From positions 395,250,001-395,314,000 of the forward strand of contig OZ024741.1 of NCBI GenBank assembly GCA_964016885.1: a stretch of 64,000 bases of DNA, read 5' to 3'. The position numbers were made by a program, and so were the translations under genes. Shown one piece after another: positions 14,088 through 25,206 of this stretch (its first letter is position 1; each line of letters starts with the position of its first letter). Origin of the DNA: Eledone cirrhosa. Its lineage: Eukaryota. Below the pieces are notes generated by a model. The model was not told the DNA's origin. It saw only the letters and a program-made list of their open reading frames with translations, and did not search any database.

Positions 14088-14148
14088 TTATATACACATA
14101 CATATACACATACATATAATGTATGTATATATATATATATATATATAT

Positions 14149-14422
14149 ATAAGATCAAAAGATGGTTAAAATAGTTCCATGTATTTTATTATGCGCATTT
14201 CAAAAACAAATATCATCAAGCAATAACATTTGTGTTTTCGTCAGATAAAATAGGAAGACATGATATGAAGGTTAAAAACACTTGTGGATAGTGCAGTTTT
14301 AGAACTCTTTTAACCATCTTTTGATCTTATATATTATTTATACTCCAGTCCTACAAACTGTAGAGTGCTTCTTATCCGATATCTGCATTGCTTTATTGTA
14401 CTACAATAAAACTCACCTCCTA
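14149..14422. mobile_element. Short PLE unit: inverted pLTR piece with hammerhead, then a short forward end and 3' tail
   Basis: Inverted repeat 14149-14171 / 14308-14331; tail hairpin ACTC 14342 / GAGT 14363; (TA)n flanks. Confidence 0.7.
14182..14252 (-). ncRNA. Type I hammerhead ribozyme, canonical core, AUA cleavage site
   Basis: Minus strand reads tattttat-CTGACGA-aaacacaaatgttatt gctt gatgatatttgttttt-GAAA-T GCGC ATA-ataaaata. Stem I is a perfect 8 bp; stem III is the palindrome ATGCGCAT. Confidence 0.9.
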
Positions 14423-14428
14423 CATATA

Positions 14429-14482
<54 letters not shown>

Positions 14483-14699
14483 GTATATATATATATGTAT
14501 ATATATATATAATGCATGTATATATATACATATATGTATATATAATGTATATATATATATACATATACATATATATAATGTATATATATATACATATACA
14601 TATATGTATATACATATATATATATATATATGTAATATATTTATATACATATATGTATATATAATGTATGTATATATAATGTATGTATATACATATACA

Positions 14700-14746
<47 letters not shown>

Positions 14747-14828
14747 GTTATTCCGGGTTGAATCGGAGGTAACCACAGTAAGTAAGGTACTCAATACATT
14801 GCAGAGTATAAAAGTTTTAATATAGATG

Positions 14829-14879
14829 AGATTCTACAGGACTAGAACTGTTTCATTCTTTAGAAATCATCAGGAATCT
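14829..14879 (-). ncRNA. Type I hammerhead ribozyme, GUA site
   Basis: Minus strand reads agattc-CTGATGA-t ttc taaa gaa t-GAAAC ag ttctagtc ct GTA-gaatct. Confidence 0.88.
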
Positions 14880-15502
14880 GGGTATCAAAAAATAAGTATG
14901 GTATTTATACAAGTGGTAGGAGAGGGTGGGGAGTGGGATGGGTGTAGGTCATTGGTTGATAGAAAAGGGAATTCATTAAAAGCTAATTCTACAAAGCTAT
15001 AGTTTATTTTTATTTTTATTTTTATTTATATTTATTTTTGTTTTTAGAGTAACAAAGGCAGACAGAATTCTATAAACAGGTTCAGGATGGCATGCCATTC
15101 CTTATTATTAAGTTTCTCTTAAGCTAACAGGTGTCTATAAGATCAGTGGGGGGGTCAGTCATGGTAGATAGATTTAAAGGAAAGGGAGATTCTTTAAAAG
15201 CTAAAATCATTAAGGTTCTACTAAGTGACAAAGGTTTAGAGAATTCTGTAGACAAATTCAGAATATTAAGTGCATATCTTACAATTATCCTCAAATTACT
15301 CTTAAACTATTCAACTATATGCCAAAAATCAACAGACACATTCACAAGACACACTCACTCACACACTCGCGCGCACCCATAAACACACATACACAGACAC
15401 ACATATACACAGACATACATATAAATATAAATATATTTATGTATATAAATATACACATACATACATACACATACATACACACACATACATACACACATAT
15501 GT

Positions 15503-15556
<54 letters not shown>

Positions 15557-15560
<4 letters not shown>

Positions 15561-16152
15561 AAATAACGAAACGAAATTAAATTTCGTTTCGTTTGTAACT
15601 CACTTTTGTATGACTGACGCTTAAACAATTAAGTTAAAAATGTACATCCATATATGTATACTGAAATACTAGTATGCATATGAATACACACACGTATACA
15701 TATATAGATGTACCAAGTCTTTCACTGGTTACTTTACTGTGAGTATCCAGCTATTCTGTATGTAAACACACAGACAAACCGGTTTTTAGAGTCATACTGG
15801 TTTTTGAGGAAACACCTTTCCTCTATTCTCTAGAAAGCCAGACAAGGAATATTGAACTAGTTTCGTTGTTGTTACAACTCATCAGCAATATTTACCTATC
15901 TACCGGCCTTTCTGGAGAATCGTAAAAGCACATATCGTTATATGCTTTTTCTATGAAAATTAGTAGTGGGCAGACTAATTTGCATAGAGTGTGAGTACAT
16001 ACCGGTTCAACGGAGACGATAAAAACAAATAACGAAACGAAATTAAATTTCGTTTCGTTTGTAACTCACTTTTGTATGACTGACGCTTAAACAATTAAGT
16101 TAAAAATGTACATCCATATATGTATACTGAAATACTAGTATGCATATGAATA
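15557..16152 (-). mobile_element. Nested PLE fragment with ~130-bp direct repeats (15557-15687 / 16023-16153) and a hammerhead
   Basis: The repeat AAACAAATAACGAAACGAAATTAAATTTCG...GCATATGAATAC occurs twice, a partial-tandem pLTR layout. Confidence 0.75.
15848..15892 (-). ncRNA. Minimal type I hammerhead ribozyme
   Basis: Minus strand reads aatattg-CTGATGA-gttg taacaa caac-GAAAC TA GTT-caatatt. Stem I is 7 bp; stem III is the palindrome AACTAGTT. Confidence 0.9.
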
Positions 16153-16658
16153 CCACACGTGGGAGAGAGAAGTCACAGCGTATTTAAGGGCAGTGAACCA
16201 GTGGCCTCTGAGAGACGAACTGCTAGAAAGGGCAGCCCAAAACCACTCAGAGAAGATTGCTCAACCAAACAGAGATAGGACTGCCCTTTCTAGCAGTTCG
16301 TCTCTCAGAGGCCACTGGTTCACTGCCCTTAAACACGCTGTGACTTCTCTCTCCCACGTGTGGCTGGACAGTCAATTGTAAAATTCTCTTAGTGTTGTCT
16401 GAGATGTATAGCCTTACACACGCTGATGAACCGAGACTAACATTTCTTTCAACAATTTCTCTGGCGAAACATATCTCTGGATTTGTACGTGTGTAATATA
16501 GTTATAGAGGTATTTATTTACGCTTTAATTTATATTTTTAATTATCGTGTCTATAGTCTGCCTTTCATAGGTTATAGATTCCATACACTGGTGGTTTTTT
16601 TTCCCTGTATTATTGATAACGCACTATATATCTCTCTCTGGTGTGTTACCTTCTCAAC

Positions 16659-16660
<2 letters not shown>
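16153..16660 (+). mobile_element. Nested PLE fragment: 5' fold-back (~85-bp arms, 16153-16236 / 16279-16363), hammerhead and tail
   Basis: CCACACGTGGGAGAGAGAAGTCACAGCG... is the reverse complement of ...CGCTGTGACTTCTCTCTCCCACGTGTGG. Confidence 0.75.
16414..16496 (+). ncRNA. Type I hammerhead ribozyme, GUA site
   Basis: ttacacacg-CTGATGA-accgaga...tctctggc-GAAAC atatc tctg gattt GTA-cgtgtgtaa. Stem I is a perfect 9 bp. Confidence 0.88.
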
Positions 16661-16693
<33 letters not shown>

Positions 16694-16854
16694 ATGTTTG
16701 TGTATGTGTATGTGTGTGTATGTGTGTGTATATATATGTATATATGTATGTATTTTTGTGTGTGTATATGTATATGTATGTATATATGGGTGTGTATATG
16801 TATGTATGTATATATATATATATATATATATGTATATGTGTGTGTATGTGTATG

Positions 16855-16904
<50 letters not shown>

Positions 16905-17147
16905 TATATGTATGTATGGTGTATGTGTGTGTGTGTATATATATGTATATATATATATATATATGTGTGTGTATGTGTGACCCCACTCTCAAGAGCGTGA
17001 AATCAATAAACATTTGTTTGTTCTGCCCCTGTATATGCGTGTGTGTGTATGTATATATATATATATGTGTATATATGTATGTGTACGTGTGTGTGTGTGT
17101 GTGTGTATGTGTATATGTGTATATATATTTTTATGTATGTATGTGTA

Positions 17148-17178
<31 letters not shown>

Positions 17179-17193
17179 GTGCATGTGTATATA

Positions 17194-17258
<65 letters not shown>

Positions 17259-17863
17259 ACATATGTGTACATATGTGTGTGTGTATGTATGTGTATGTAT
17301 GTATGTGTATATTTATATACATAAATATATTTATATTTATATGTGTGTCTGTGTATATGTGTGTCTGTGTATGTGTGTTTATGGGTGCGCGCGAGTGTGT
17401 GAGTGAGTGTGTCTTGTGAATGTGTCTGTTGATTTTTGGCATATAGTTGAATAGTTTAAGAGTAATTTGAGGATAATTGTAAGATATGCACTTAATATTC
17501 TGAATTTGTCTACAGAATTCTCTAAACCTTTGTCTCTTAGTAGAACCTTAATTATTTTAGCTTTTAAAGAATCTCCCTTTCCTTTAAGTCTATCTACCAT
17601 GACTGACCCCCCCACTGATCTTATAGACACCTGTTAGCTTAAGAGAAACTTAATAATAAGGAATGACATGCCATCCTGAACCTGTTTATAGAATTCTGTC
17701 TGCCTTTGTTACTCTAAAAACAAAAATAAATAAAAATAAACTATAGCTTTGTAGAATTAGCTTTTAATGAATTCCCTTTTCTATCAACCAATGACCTACA
17801 CCCATCCCACTCCCCACCCTCTCCTACCACTTGTATAAATACCATACTTATTTTTTGATACCC

Positions 17864-17915
17864 AGATTCCTGATGATTTCTAAAGAATGAAACAAGTTCT
17901 AGTCCTGTAGAATCT
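17864..17915 (+). ncRNA. Type I hammerhead ribozyme, mirror copy of 14829-14879
   Basis: agattc-CTGATGA-tttctaaagaat-GAAAC aagttctagtcct GTA-gaatct. Confidence 0.85.
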
Positions 17916-18198
17916 CATCTATATTAAAACTTATATATATGTATATATGTATATATATATATATATACATATACATATACATATATGTATGTATATATAT
18001 ACATATATATATATACATATATGTATATGTATTATAAGCCTTCGCCCCCTCACCAGATGGTCATTAGTAGATTCAGCTGCCATCACTTTGAGGGCGACTG
18101 GCTGAGGTGAAGGCAGCTAGTTGGTCAGTCGTCCTCTTTGTCTCTGTCTCTGATTTTTCGGACCCATGGTTTTTTACATATTCCTTTGTTATATTCCA

Positions 18199-18253
18199 AT
18201 ACCTGATATCTCCGGATTCATATGGAACCCGGTCATTGAAATGATCATAGTAT
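18199..18253 (+). ncRNA. Degenerate hammerhead-like motif
   Basis: atac-CTGATA(tct)-ccgg...ccgg tcatt-GAAA-T GATC ATA-gtat. The core is damaged. Confidence 0.45.
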
Positions 18254-18449
18254 AATAAACCTTTCAAGGATTTACACCAGTCCAGCCTCCTGTTATTTCA
18301 TTTATAATTAACTCCGTATTCGCACCACCAACTACACAAACGAAGATGGGTGAACTGCACTATGTTGAGTACTCTCCACAATATTACACCAAGATTGACC
18401 ATACCGAATGACCAGTTCTATCCAGTGGTGAACCAACAAACCTAAAGAA

Positions 18450-18531
<82 letters not shown>

Positions 18532-18615
18532 ATGTGTGTGTGTGTGTGTAATGTATTTATATACATATATGTATATATAATATATGTATATACATATATG
18601 TATGTATATAATAAT

Positions 18616-18963
18616 AATTGTTTCTACTTTAGGCACAAGGCCAGCAAATTACCCAGTACATTACTGGTACTTTATTTTATCGACCCCGTAAGGATGAAAG
18701 GCAAAGTTAACCTCGGCGGGATTTGAACTCAGACTGTAAGGGACGTAACTCTGCTAGAAAGCATGTATATAATAATAATTGTTTCTACATTAGGCACAAG
18801 GCCAGCAATTACGCAGTGCATTACTGGTACTTTATTTAATCGACCCCGTAAGGATGAAAGGCAAAGTCAACCTCGGCGAGATTTGAACTCAGACCGTAAA
18901 GGGACGTAACTATGCTGGAAAGCATGGCGTCCGACCCTCTACCGATACTGCCAATCCACTGCC
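18616..18963 (-). mobile_element. Two tandem S1 SINEs (18616-18765 partial; 18777-18963 full)
   Basis: Both match the S1 consensus. Confidence 0.88.
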
Positions 18964-19172
18964 ATGTATATAATAATAATGATACGATTTATAGTTATGT
19001 AGTTATTTATAGTATAGTATTATACTATAAATAACTATAAACAGGGAAGGTCAGTAATTTATTACTACCTTATTACCAGTAAGATAAATAGCTCAATGTA
19101 AGAACATCTGGTGTTTTACAGAGCAGGAATATAAATTACACAAATATCAAAGTTATGTTCAAATCATTTAAC

Positions 19173-19219
19173 TGCTGACAATTGTTTCTACCAAACTTTA
19201 GTTTGGAGTCATCGGAGCA
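19173..19219 (-). ncRNA. Minimal type I hammerhead, CCGATGA variant
   Basis: Minus strand reads tgct-CCGATGA-ct ccaaac taaa gtttgg ta-GAAAC AATT GTC-agca. Stem III is the palindrome ACAATTGT. Confidence 0.72.
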
Positions 19220-19789
19220 TTATCAATGTTTGTACATATAATTAACTTCCTATTCAACTGAACAATCATATAGATACATATTTATTGATGTTGTGAACAG
19301 CAGTTTAGTATATACAGGGTGTAATGGATGCAACATATATTATACGAGAATTGTACAATAATTCAAATTAAAATTAAAAGCACAGAGTGGAATACATGCG
19401 ACAGAAAATACAAGAGAATAGTCTAATAATTAAAGAGGCATTGAGAAAGAAGTACATATTCAAGCATGTAGAGATTGCACATGCGTTAGTCATATATATG
19501 AGAAGAAAACAAGCAAAGGTATTAGGCATATATAAATACTATATGGCAAGGTATTACATAAAATACAAGCACTTTCAGCGAATATGTTAGTGTATTATGG
19601 AGGATGTAATACGATGATAGTTTCTGTAGAGTTCAAATTTGTATGTGTGGAGAATATGAAAGTTACTGATTTCCTATTCATTACATATGTTAAGTTATAT
19701 TTTAGTTAATGTTTGTATTGAATGTTTTTAGTGAGTTATAGTAATAGATTGTAACTTGGTCTTATTGTATTCATATTCATGGATTATAG

Positions 19790-22411
19790 TTGTTCTACAG
19801 CGAGATTTTCCAACGGTTTAATATGTATATAATCCATGGAGGCTATGGGTTTGGTACTAGAAATGAGGAAGGCTCCAGAATCCTGGAATTCTGTGATGCA
19901 AATAACCTAACTATCTGTAACACTAACTTCAAAAAACGAGACAATCACCTGATCACCTATAGATCCGGGGAACACACAAGCCAGGTAGATTATATCCTTA
20001 CCAGAAGACGTGACAGAGTGTCTGTTGTAAACACTAAATCCCTCCCCCATGAAGAATGCACCTCCCAACATAGACTGATAATTAGCGACCTCATAGTCAG
20101 GACGAGACGTACTCGACAGCAGAAGAGGACTATCCTCAGGAGGAAAATATGGAAGCTAAAGGACCCCACAGCCAGAAATAAATTTCAAAGCATATTACTT
20201 GATGCTTTCGACAGTAAGGAAGAGCATCTAGAATCGGACAATATAGAGGGACAGTGGGAATTTCTGAAAGCAAACCTGCTGTTGGCGACAGACGAAGTCT
20301 GTGGCTGGAGCAGGCCTGTAGGCAGGAGGAGAGTAACATGGTGGTGGAACAGTAGGGTGGAGGGGTCAATTAAGGCCAAAAAGCAGGCTTGGAAAGTATG
20401 GCGGGATGGGGGGAGTAGAGTAGACTATCAAGTGGCCAGGAGGGAAGCTAGGAGAGAAGTGTACTTAGCAAGAAGGGAAGCTGAGGAAAGAAAGTTCAAG
20501 CATGTTCTACAACGCGATGACCAAAAACGTGAGGTGTTCAGGATTGCTAGGCAATGCGTCAAGGAAAACCGTGATATTGTCGGGGAGAAGTGTGTACTTA
20601 ACGATGATGGCATACTTGCCATCACCGACACTGATAAGAAGGTAGCTTGGAAGTGTCACTATGAAAGGCTACTAAATGAGGAGAATAAATGGGAGAAAGA
20701 CAGTCTCCCCCATATCGACCCAATAGAGGGACCAGCAGTGTTAGTCGAGGGGAGTATAATAAGTAAGGCAATCAAGGATATGAAGACGGGTAAGGCGGCT
20801 GGGCCTTCGGAAATAGTTGCTGAGATGCTGAAGGTATCTGGCACGGTGGGACACACCATGGTCACCCGCATAGTTAACCAAGTCGTACAGAATAGGGTTG
20901 TTCCGAAGGACTGGCATAGCAGCATCATCGTTAACTGTTATAAGGGTAAAGGAGACGCCCTAGATAGGAGTAACTATAGAGGCATTAAATTAATCGACCA
21001 GGTCATGAAGGTCACGGAAAAAGTAATAGCGCAACTAATCAGAGAGAGAATTGACCTAGATGAAATGCAGTTCGGGTTTGTGTCAGGCAAAAGCACCACA
21101 GACGCTCTTTTCATAGTACGACAACTACAGGAGAAGTACCTAGCTAAAGGTAAACCCCTCTACTTAGCTTTTGTCGACCTGGAGAAAGCCTTCGACAGAG
21201 TCCCCCGCTCCATTATCTGGTGGGCTCTTAGAAAACTAGGTGTTGACGAATGGCTTGTGAGGGCTATACAAGCCATGTATAAAGAAACAGTCAGCAAGGT
21301 TAGAATTAACAACGAATATAGTGAAGAGTTTAGCGTAAAAGTTGGCGTCCATCAGGGCTCTGTTCTCAGCCCCCTACTATTTATTATTGCCCTTCAGGCT
21401 ATAACAGAGGAGTTCAAGACAGGCTGCCCATGGGAACTCCTATACGCAGACGACCTGACACTCATAGCGGAATCAATGGCCGAGCTAGAGAAGAAATTCC
21501 AAACATGGAAGCACGGCCTAGAGTCAAAAGGACTTAAAATTAACCTGGCTAAGACCAAAGTTCTAGTTTGTAGGAAAGAAAACAAGGCGGCGGTCCCTTC
21601 TGGGAAATGGTCGTGCTCGGTGTGTAGGAAAGGCGTAGGTAGAAACTCCATTTTATGTCCTAAATGCAAAGTATGGGTGCATAAAAGATGTAGTGGGATC
21701 ACAGGTAAGCTAACTAAGAACATAGATTTTACATGTGGCCGGTGTTCTGGTGCAATAAGTAGCAGCAAGTGCCCACAAAATACTAGCTCTTTCAATTGCG
21801 CAGAGGGTTCTATAGAAATAGTGGACAGCTTCCGTTATCTGGGCGATAAAATCAGCAGTGGGGGAGGGTGCTCTGAAAGTACTGTAGCTAGAGTCAGAAC
21901 TGGTTGGAAAAAGTTCAGAGAGCTTATACCACTATTAGCTGCTAAAGGGTTCTCCCTAAAAATGAAAGGCAGGTTGTACGATGCCTGCATACGAACAGCG
22001 ATGTTGCATGGTAGTGAGACCTGGGCATTGTGTGCAGAGGATATACGCAGACTAGAGAGGAACGAAGCTTGCATGCTCCGCTGGATGTGTAACAGTAATA
22101 TACGTGAACGGCAAAGCATAAACGAACTAAGGAAAAAATTAGAGATAAGAGGGATCAGATGTTGTTTACTCGAGAGAAGGCTGCGTTGGTATGGACACGT
22201 GATGCGCATGAAAGTCGATAGCTGTATAACAAAGTGCAGGGCAATAAAGATAGACGGTAGCCACGGAATAGGCAGACCTAGAAAAACCTGGGATGAGCTG
22301 ATAAACTCCGACCTCACACACTTACACCTCTCCAAGACAATGTCACTGGATCGAGACCTTTGGCGGTACTCAGTAACAGAGAAGACCCGCCTTGCCAGTA
22401 GGCATCTCTAA
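19790..22411 (+). CDS. Open RTE ORF (partial APE, RT, PHD-like finger); the first ~14 codons are flanking DNA
   Basis: 873-aa uninterrupted ORF with RTE motifs. Confidence 0.9.
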   Translation: MFYSEIFQRFNMYIIHGGYGFGTRNEEGSRILEFCDANNLTICNTNFKKRDNHLITYRSGEHTSQVDYILTRRRDRVSVVNTKSLPHEECTSQHRLIISDLIVRTRRTRQQKRTILRRKIWKLKDPTARNKFQSILLDAFDSKEEHLESDNIEGQWEFLKANLLLATDEVCGWSRPVGRRRVTWWWNSRVEGSIKAKKQAWKVWRDGGSRVDYQVARREARREVYLARREAEERKFKHVLQRDDQKREVFRIARQCVKENRDIVGEKCVLNDDGILAITDTDKKVAWKCHYERLLNEENKWEKDSLPHIDPIEGPAVLVEGSIISKAIKDMKTGKAAGPSEIVAEMLKVSGTVGHTMVTRIVNQVVQNRVVPKDWHSSIIVNCYKGKGDALDRSNYRGIKLIDQVMKVTEKVIAQLIRERIDLDEMQFGFVSGKSTTDALFIVRQLQEKYLAKGKPLYLAFVDLEKAFDRVPRSIIWWALRKLGVDEWLVRAIQAMYKETVSKVRINNEYSEEFSVKVGVHQGSVLSPLLFIIALQAITEEFKTGCPWELLYADDLTLIAESMAELEKKFQTWKHGLESKGLKINLAKTKVLVCRKENKAAVPSGKWSCSVCRKGVGRNSILCPKCKVWVHKRCSGITGKLTKNIDFTCGRCSGAISSSKCPQNTSSFNCAEGSIEIVDSFRYLGDKISSGGGCSESTVARVRTGWKKFRELIPLLAAKGFSLKMKGRLYDACIRTAMLHGSETWALCAEDIRRLERNEACMLRWMCNSNIRERQSINELRKKLEIRGIRCCLLERRLRWYGHVMRMKVDSCITKCRAIKIDGSHGIGRPRKTWDELINSDLTHLHLSKTMSLDRDLWRYSVTEKTRLASRHL

Positions 22412-22770
22412 CAAAATACACCCCGTCCCGCCACCACCCCCACCCCATCCACACCACTCCGTTCTATGTAAAGTTATGTTGGTGCCGCGCCATCCAGGCC
22501 AAAACAAATGAGATCGTGTAGGTGTCACGACAAAAAAACACACAGTCCACGCTGTAATGTGGCCGTGTAGGCAACACGGTAAAAACCTCCCAGACCCACA
22601 CTGTAAATGTGGTTGGTGTTAGGAAGGGCATCCAACTGTAGAAAACCTGCCAGACAGTCCTATGCGAGCAAGACAATCACTCTTGCCTCAAGTGGGACTA
22701 CCCCCGTCCAAACCCATGCAAGCATGGAACACGGACGTTAAACGTTGATGATGATGATGATGATGATGAT
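19831..22770 (+). mobile_element. RTE LINE family A, 5'-truncated, young
   Basis: End of the APE endonuclease (SQVDYIL, SQHRLI), full RT, 3' UTR and (GAT)n tail. Confidence 0.97.
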
Positions 22771-22785
22771 ATATATATATAATAG

Positions 22786-23068
22786 AAAATGAAAAATCAG
22801 TGATGCATCTGAACTCAATTTATTGTGTTTCAATTGTTTCGCCGGCGGACATTATTAGACGTGTCCGTCGAACCTGCGGGTCCAGGATCAGACAGATCCA
22901 CACAATGATCGTGTTTCGAGCTGTCTGCCGGCGAAACAATTGTAACACACAGTAAATTGAGTTCAGATGCATCACTGATTTTTCGTTTTATATATCATAC
23001 TCTGCTCTGTAAGAGCATAGAGTGCTCAACCGGCAAACCGCCTATGGAAGCATCTTAGCTACCATCAG

Positions 23069-23070
<2 letters not shown>
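22786..23070 (+). mobile_element. Fold-back PLE fragment carrying only the 3' half of a hammerhead, plus tail
   Basis: ~65-bp inverted arms (22786-22851 / 22922-22989); CGAAAC-AATT-GTA; tail ACTC..GAGT. Confidence 0.7.
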
Positions 23071-23099
<29 letters not shown>

Positions 23100-23189
23100 A
23101 ATTAAACACAGTATATTGCCAAATATACTATGCATACATTCATGTACACATCGCTATTTCAGACCATCAATACTAATACCTCATTTTTG

Positions 23190-24619
23190 CACACGTAAAA
23201 TGATGATGATGATGATCATGCAGATATTGTAGCACTCACGGCGACGTTGGAGAGAATAAAGGTTGAGCTTTTCTAGTTGACCAAGGTCTGTCATGCCATC
23301 TAACTTTTTTGTAATTGACCTTTGAGGGGCTTCAACTTTCATGATACTTTATTTCGTGTGGGGAGACCACAGTGGACAACAGTATTCAAGGTGGGGTCGG
23401 GCAAAAGTGGAGAAGAGAGGGATAACAGTGTGGATATCTCTCGAATGGAAGGTTCTGCGAATCGAGGAACACATTCTCATGTCAGCTTTGCTGTTTATAT
23501 GAGTGGCCCAGCTTATGTTGTTGTCCACAATTAGTCCCAAGTCTCAGATGTTGTTGGATGCCATGAGAGTTTCACCTGAAGGAAGAGAGTATGGGAGTTT
23601 CAGGGCATCCTTTTTTCCAAAGTGGATTAATTCGAACTTGTCCTCATTCAACAGCATATTATTCTTTTCTGCCCATTGGATAACAGCCAGTAGGTCTGAC
23701 TGAAGACAATCCGGTCACCCACCTCATTGATGACCCTTTGTGGCTTGGAATCATCTGCGAAGATTCTTGTGTTGCTGTGCTTGATGATGTCAGTAATGTC
23801 ATTAATGTAGATGATGAAAAGAAGTGGGCCCAACACAATGCCTTGTGGGATGCCACTGTTAACTTTGGCTGGGCTTGATTTAACTCCTTCGACTACATGT
23901 TGGGCTCTGCCTGTCAGGAACATTTGATCCACTGTAGTAACTTTCCAGAGACACCAATATTGGATAGTTTTTTCAATAGAATCTTTTGATCAACCTCTGT
24001 CAAAGGCCTTGCTGAAATCAAGGTAGATGACATCAGTGTTGGAGCCCTCTCCCAAGGCTCTCAAAACATCATCAAAATGATGCAGGAGCTGCGTTAGGCA
24101 GTTGTTTCCATTACGGAACCCATGTTGGTTGGAGTTCAGCAGGCCATTGCTTTCGAGAAAGTGGGTTATTCGTGATCTCACCACCCTCTCAAATACCTTG
24201 ATAATATGAGAGGTGAGTGAGATCGGAAGGTAGTTCACTGCAAGGGACTTGTTTTCCTTTTTGAAAACTGGGACAATGGACTGGGACAGAAGGTTTTTAG
24301 GAATATAGCCAGTGTCCAGTGAGTTCCTCTACAGATTAGCAAGAGGAGATGCAAGTTGGTGTCGACACACCTTCAGGATACAAGCAGGGAACCTATCAAG
24401 CCTACTGCTGAATTGTGTTTAATTTTGTTTATTACTGCTAAGACATCAGGGGTGCCAAACGTTATCTCTGATATAGTGTGTTGGGGATCAACATCACTGA
24501 CACAGCCCAGATCGGCCATATCAGGATTGCTGAAAACAGAGCAGTATTGTTTCTGCAGTATCTCGCCCATGGTTTTGCCATTATCTTGGAGTGTGCCATT
24601 TTCATCAACTAGAGGGCCA
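23190..24619 (-). mobile_element. Degraded CR1/Jockey-group LINE RT fragment
   Basis: NYLPISLTSHIIKVFE, QHGFR, YLDFSKAFD, GIPQGIVLGPLLF, FADD and RPHLEYCC..WSP, with frameshifts. Confidence 0.9.
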
Positions 24620-24627
24620 TATATATA

Positions 24628-24666
<39 letters not shown>

Positions 24667-24707
24667 TGTGTGTGTGTGTGTGTGTATACATATATATATA
24701 TATATGT

Positions 24708-25052
24708 GGAGGCACATGGCTTAGTGGTTAGAGCATTGGCCTTGCAATCGAAAGGTTGTGAGTTCAATTCTCAGACCGGGTGATGTGTTGTTTCCTTGAG
24801 CAAGGCACTTTATTTCACATTGCTCCAGTTTACTCAGCTGTAGAAATGAGATGATAGGGACTGTGGTCCCTATCATTCCACTGCAAAGTGGTCGTTGAGG
24901 TGCCACGGCAAAAAAGCACCCAGCACTCACTGTAAATGAGGTTGGTGTTAGGAAGGGCATCCAGCTGTAGAAATCAAGCCAGAATCAGTTCCCGTCCCAC
25001 CCTTGCAAGCAGGGAAACGTGGACGTAAAATGAAATGATGATGAAATGATGA
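24708..25052 (+). mobile_element. tRNA-derived SINE S2 with a CORE-like centre and an RTE-derived 3' end
   Basis: A box TGGCTTAGTGG, B box GAGTTCAATTCTC and CCTTGAGCAAGGCACTTTA. The 3' half is shared with RTE UTRs and ends in a (TGA)n-like tail. Confidence 0.88.
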
Positions 25053-25126
25053 TATGTGTGTGTGTGTGTATAAATGTATGTGTGTGTGTGTATATATATA
25101 TATATGTGTGTGTGTGTATATATATA

Positions 25127-25159
<33 letters not shown>

Positions 25160-25206
25160 TGGAATGTAGCGGTTGGAAAACTGTAATGTAGACATTTTAA
25201 AATATA

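Larger units (their letters stand above)
14747..17932 (-). mobile_element. PLE pLTR unit with ~740-bp inverted arms (14812-15556 / ~17200-17932), unique tail 14747-14811 and nested inserts
   Basis: Mirror ORFs 15131-15382(+) and 17379-17630(-). Each arm carries a hammerhead. Confidence 0.85.

Noticed and set aside
18036-18140. GC-rich hairpin region with CTGGTGA..CGAAG on the minus strand
   Set aside because: The core is altered and truncated by a TA array. A hammerhead could not be completed; only a plain hairpin is supported.
24708-24790. tRNA gene (also the heads of the S1 copies)
   Set aside because: A and B boxes are present but continue into SINE body and tail; no intact cloverleaf was seen.
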